This document shows, in pieces, positions 60,050-64,000 of a stretch of 64,000 nucleotides of DNA. Below the pieces are notes generated by a model that saw only the letters and a list, made by a program, of their open reading frames with translations, did not search any database and had not been told where the DNA came from. The stretch comes from a bacterium (GTDB lineage: Bacteria > Hinthialibacterota > Hinthialibacteria > Hinthialibacterales > Hinthialibacteraceae), in assembly GCA_963663405.2 (NCBI GenBank), contig CAXXSM010000143.1, positions 23,751-87,750 of the forward strand, given 5' to 3'. Each line of letters begins with the position of its first letter. The stretch's first letter is position 1. A program made the translations under genes and the position numbers.

Positions 60050-62833
60050 TTAGTTTCCCCTAATTTTCCGGTTAACGAGTTCGTTAACACTCAGTTTCTT
60101 ATTTTCTTTTTCATTCTGCATCTGAATATCATCTATTTCTATATTGTGAATCCGCAATTTAATCAAATCTTTAACTGGGAGATCTTTATACCCCAGTTTT
60201 CTCAATTCTCGTACAAAATTGGATCGCACGTTGTGAATTCTCATCTCAATGAATTGTTCCAAAGGAATGTCATCATATCCTAGGGCAGAAAAATCTCTCA
60301 TGTAGTCTGGGCTGACATTATGTATGCAGATTTTTTTAAGTAAATCGAATGAAAGACCATCATATCCCAGCCGGTTGAGTTCTTCGGCCACTTCCGGATA
60401 GAAGTTATGAATCTTCAAATCTACAAGTTGGGAGGGGGAAAGATCGGTGTAACCATGTTTGGTGAGTTTTTTAATGAATTCCGGTTTCACATTATGGACA
60501 CCCATCTTCATGATTTGGTCGACGGACAAATTTTTATACCCAAGCGCCGCCAACTCTTCAATGTAATCCGGTTTGACATTGTGAATCCGCATATCAACTA
60601 GTTCATCAGCGGATAGGTTTTCATACCCAAGACGAGTCATCTCTTTGATGTAATCCGGTTTAACGCCGTGCAGTCCCATTTTCTTATACTGACTCAGAGT
60701 CAGGCCGCTATATCCCAGATCTGAAAGTGATTTGATGAATTTGGGTGTGATATTGCTGATCCGGGAATCGATTAATTCTTTTAATGACAGTTTCCCAAAA
60801 CCCAGCTCTTCCATTTCTTTTGCATACTCCAATGTGACGTTGTGAATACGCAATTTGATAAAATCATCCGCTTGTAAATCACTGAATCCCGCTTTCCGGA
60901 ATTCACGAATGGATTCGAGGGAAACGCCGTGGATACACATTGCAACGATTTGTTTGAAAGGAAGATCCGTAAGGCCCAGTCTACGTAATCCTCGGATGTA
61001 ATCAGGTTGGATATCAAATAAACAAATTTTCATCAATTGATCGAATGCCAGATCATCATATCCCAATTCAGCCAGTTCATCCAAATCGCTGAGCCGAAAA
61101 CTGTGGACGGTGAAGAGAAACAGATGATGATGCTTGATTTCTCCTTCCAATCCATGCCGTTTTAACTGGTGGATAAATTCTTCTTTCGGTTCGAAGAGGA
61201 AGTGACCCGCTCCCATCCCTTCTTTAAAATCGCCCGTATATGAAATCGTCCCAGCGTCACTGTCAAGTTCGAATTGGATATCCTCAAACGTTGACGATTC
61301 ATTTACTTGAGACAATCCACGAAACTTTTGTTTGTAGTTTTCATGGGTGTCTCCAAAATTGGATCGGCCTTTTTCGGTTTGGAACGTATGATCCATACGC
61401 AACTCACCCTCTCGAATTTGGGCCGTCCAGACTCCCCGGTTTGGCGTTTCTTCCAAATCCATATCAAAGTCCGACATTGCGATCTGATCGTATACATGAT
61501 CGATATCAATGTCGATATCGAAATCAAAGTTCATTTCATGGCTCTCTACTCGTACTTGGGGAGCCGGTCTAGGCATGGGATTCGTTATTGAGATTTCATC
61601 GTCGAATTCGATTTGTGGATTGGTCTGATTCGCGATGACTCCGAAAGGAATCGTTCCCAGCGCAAGAATAAGAAATAAGAATGCGGTGATGACGAGATAT
61701 TTTTTTGGTTTATCAGGACGATGGTTAAGAATTCTCATGAGTCTCTCCTTAATAATCTTTTTGGAATGAAATAGTGTGACAGTACCCGGCAGCGCGGGTA
61801 TGGGATTGTTTGCCATTAGAACAATCCGCAGAAATCCTTCACCGCACTCCGAGCGGGAGGATTCCGATCCATGTATTGCGGCGTCATCACAGGCGAATTC
61901 GCGGAACCGGTCCACGAGTTTGCCTGCGATCCATACAACGGGATGGAAAAAGAAAACGATCTGAATTAGAGTTTCAATGAATTTCACCAGCGAATCCCTG
62001 CGGCGGATGTGGGTCAATTCATGAAAGAAGATCCAACGAATTTCCGCGGTCTGCTGCGATTCCAAGAGATGAGCGGGAATGAGGATGGACGGGCGCAGGA
62101 TCCCAGCGGCGAACGGCGACGTCACCCACCCAGCGGTTCGCACCCGGACTGGGTGTTTCACTCCCGCTTTCCGGCTGAGACAGCGGAAATCGAATGGAAA
62201 CGTACTCTGATCCAAAGAGTCTGTTTGTTGTATAAGTCTATGAATTCGAACAAATTGAAGAAGTATTTTTGTCCCTAGGCAGAAAACGATAACCAACCAG
62301 CCTATCATGAGCCACGTTTGGAGCGATACGGAAACACCCGATACGGATTGGCCTTGGTTAGATCTAGCTACTTCACGAACATCCCGTTCGGCCTTGTCCG
62401 ATTCGATTATAACCGGATCAGCAATAACAGGGTTGGTGGTAATCGGATCGATTTTCAGCGGTTTTTGAACGCTTTTCTCTTCTGTTTGGACAATTTTATG
62501 ATTTTGTATCGTAATTGGAGGGAGAATCCAATGATCCTTTTCTGATCCGGATTTCTCCAAATGTGTTGGATTCGCAACAGCGCCGTCCGCCGATGTGGAA
62601 GCGGATGCGATCGAGCGATTATACGAAAATAATGTGAATGGTTGATAGGGAACGATCAATTTAAGAAAAACCAGCAGGAACAAAACGTATCCCCACTGCG
62701 GTGTGATCCATTTCCTTAAACCATACCATATGGAAAGCGCAAACAGGAATGTCATGGTCGAGCCCAGAACACGATCGAGCATGAAAATGAACCAGGATTC
62801 GGCCATTCCGTTCAACCATTCAATGGGATTCAT
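60050..62833 (-). CDS. BlaR1/MecR1-like M56 metallopeptidase with C-terminal 29-aa tandem repeats
   Basis: IFFHELTHIRRRD, FFFHPVVW, REFACDD; about 11 LxxLGYxxLsxxxLxxMxIHxVxPxYI repeats. Confidence 0.9.
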   Translation of the reverse strand: MNPIEWLNGMAESWFIFMLDRVLGSTMTFLFALSIWYGLRKWITPQWGYVLFLLVFLKLIVPYQPFTLFSYNRSIASASTSADGAVANPTHLEKSGSEKDHWILPPITIQNHKIVQTEEKSVQKPLKIDPITTNPVIADPVIIESDKAERDVREVARSNQGQSVSGVSVSLQTWLMIGWLVIVFCLGTKILLQFVRIHRLIQQTDSLDQSTFPFDFRCLSRKAGVKHPVRVRTAGWVTSPFAAGILRPSILIPAHLLESQQTAEIRWIFFHELTHIRRRDSLVKFIETLIQIVFFFHPVVWIAGKLVDRFREFACDDAAIHGSESSRSECGEGFLRIVLMANNPIPALPGTVTLFHSKKIIKERLMRILNHRPDKPKKYLVITAFLFLILALGTIPFGVIANQTNPQIEFDDEISITNPMPRPAPQVRVESHEMNFDFDIDIDIDHVYDQIAMSDFDMDLEETPNRGVWTAQIREGELRMDHTFQTEKGRSNFGDTHENYKQKFRGLSQVNESSTFEDIQFELDSDAGTISYTGDFKEGMGAGHFLFEPKEEFIHQLKRHGLEGEIKHHHLFLFTVHSFRLSDLDELAELGYDDLAFDQLMKICLFDIQPDYIRGLRRLGLTDLPFKQIVAMCIHGVSLESIREFRKAGFSDLQADDFIKLRIHNVTLEYAKEMEELGFGKLSLKELIDSRISNITPKFIKSLSDLGYSGLTLSQYKKMGLHGVKPDYIKEMTRLGYENLSADELVDMRIHNVKPDYIEELAALGYKNLSVDQIMKMGVHNVKPEFIKKLTKHGYTDLSPSQLVDLKIHNFYPEVAEELNRLGYDGLSFDLLKKICIHNVSPDYMRDFSALGYDDIPLEQFIEMRIHNVRSNFVRELRKLGYKDLPVKDLIKLRIHNIEIDDIQMQNEKENKKLSVNELVNRKIRGN

Positions 62834-63228
62834 GATTCGATCCCCTTCTTCTTTTTGTACTCGCTGATCATTGATTCCAACTCTTCAATATCAGTTTCAT
62901 TCAAATCGGCCTTGTTGACCATATAGCAGAGCAATTGCCCTTTATCGCTGTCCAGACTTTTCTCTAAAAATGCGTCGGCGGCCTGCGTCAGCATTTTCAT
63001 GGATGAGTATTTCGCTCGATAGAGATACCGCTTGCCATCTTGCTTGTACGTCAAAAAACCTTTCTGGACCAACTTGCTAAGAAGCGTTTTGACGGTCGTA
63101 TTCGCCCACCCATGTTGTTTATGGAGGATGTCGTAAATCTCGCGGGACGGGGCCCGTCCCAATTTCCAGACCGCTTTCATGACGCTCCATTCCGCCGGAG
63201 TGAATGGATCGGATGGATTGTTTTTCAT
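62830..63228 (-). CDS. blaI: BlaI/MecI/CopY family repressor
   Basis: TPAEWSVMKAVW, WANTTVKTLLSKLVQKG; ATGA overlap with the M56 gene. Confidence 0.93.
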   Translation of the reverse strand: MKNNPSDPFTPAEWSVMKAVWKLGRAPSREIYDILHKQHGWANTTVKTLLSKLVQKGFLTYKQDGKRYLYRAKYSSMKMLTQAADAFLEKSLDSDKGQLLCYMVNKADLNETDIEELESMISEYKKKKGIES

Positions 63229-63256
63229 GGTGTTTCACTTTCGCCGCATAGGATCG

Positions 63257-63291
63257 ATTACGACTATAGTCGTGGTCGACGGGATTGTCAA
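63257..63291 (-). promoter_or_regulatory. Sigma70 promoter with perfect palindromic operator
   Basis: TTGACA-17nt-TATAGT on the minus strand; ACGACTATAGTCGT palindrome 63260-63273 covers the -10. Confidence 0.8.
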
Positions 63292-63347
63292 GAGGATTTT
63301 CCAACTTTTTTATATTTTTTTGGGCATAACAGGATACACAATCCGAC

Positions 63348-63413
63348 GGGCAGGATGGGCAAGTACCGGCATTTGCGCCGGAGGATTAACTTTTTCTTCA
63401 CTTGCATGATCCC
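63348..63413 (+). repeat. Partial, diverged family B element
   Basis: gggcaagtaccggcatttgcgccggag matches the left arm and inner hairpin. Confidence 0.6.
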
Positions 63414-63585
63414 ACGGCGAATCGTTAGGCGCAGGAAAAGCGATAGCCATCCGTAAACCGTCTTATCCTCTTCCTTCATCCCTTCATTTCATTATTTCTC
63501 CACTATGCAATGAATGGGAACGTTTTACAATTAAGACCACTATTCGTTTACGATTTTTATACTATCTATGCCTGGTGAAACCGGT

Positions 63586-64000
63586 ATGACGAAAGAAAAT
63601 ACCCTTCAAATCCGGCGCGCTGAATTATCAGACTTGGACGCGATCACGGAAATATACAACGAAGCGATCCGTACGACGACAGCGACATTCGACACGGAAC
63701 CGAAAACAGTGGATCAACGGCGGGACTGGTTTGATTCCCATGGCGCTCGGCATCCGGTTTTCGCCGCTAAACTGGATGGAAAGGTAGTCGGATGGGCGAG
63801 CTTATCAAAATGGTCGGACCGGCCCGCATATGATGAAACAGCGGAATTGTCGTTCTACGTCAAAGAAGAATTCCAGGGCCAAGGCATCGGTCAGAAGTTG
63901 AAACAAACAATGATCAGTGAAGCGCGAAAACTCGGTTTTCACACTCTTATCGCCAGAGTCGCCGAAGGAAACGATGTAAGTCTATATTTAAATAAGAAAT
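63586..64000 (+). CDS. GNAT acetyltransferase, phosphinothricin-acetyltransferase/YncA-like (3' truncated by window)
   Basis: Manual translation: IRRAELSDLDAITEIYNEAI..TATFD..VGWASLS..AELSFYV..QGQGIG. Confidence 0.9.
   Translation, partial: MTKENTLQIRRAELSDLDAITEIYNEAIRTTTATFDTEPKTVDQRRDWFDSHGARHPVFAAKLDGKVVGWASLSKWSDRPAYDETAELSFYVKEEFQGQGIGQKLKQTMISEARKLGFHTLIARVAEGNDVSLYLNKK

Overview
Bacterial chromosomal window of roughly 50% GC with several AT-richer inserts. No rRNA, tRNA, CRISPR array or transposase is visible. The gene style (Planctomycete-like PQQ propeller, ThuA/DUF1080, Tat sulfatase, two BlaI/BlaR1-M56 pairs, Pro-Thr linkers, short C-terminal S-x-x-x-W tails) suggests a PVC-like or Hinthialibacterota/Sumerlaeota-like organism; this is a tentative inference. 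Main points: (1) a ~12 kb stand-alone minor pseudopilin cassette (GspH/I/J-like genes plus a ~2,180 aa GspK/PilX-like gene and a Pro-Thr-linker secreted protein) whose I, J and K subunits carry many Cys-free DGxDxDGDGxxDE acidic repeats; (2) two BlaI/BlaR1 systems with unrelated outer domains (Kelch propeller; 29-aa repeats), each with a readable promoter and operator; (3) four paralogous small 2-TM proteins next to a sigma-region-4-like regulator; (4) a toxin-antitoxin hotspot (TM protein + Panacea, HigBA, HicBA) and a degenerate GGDEF-RHH fusion; (5) three families of dispersed palindromic repeats, one with a fixed 58-bp core and one with compensatory base changes; (6) a very large multi-PAS/PocR two-component locus. 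At least seven genes are split by one extra base in a short run, most likely assembly errors, so several ORF-track pairs are merged here.
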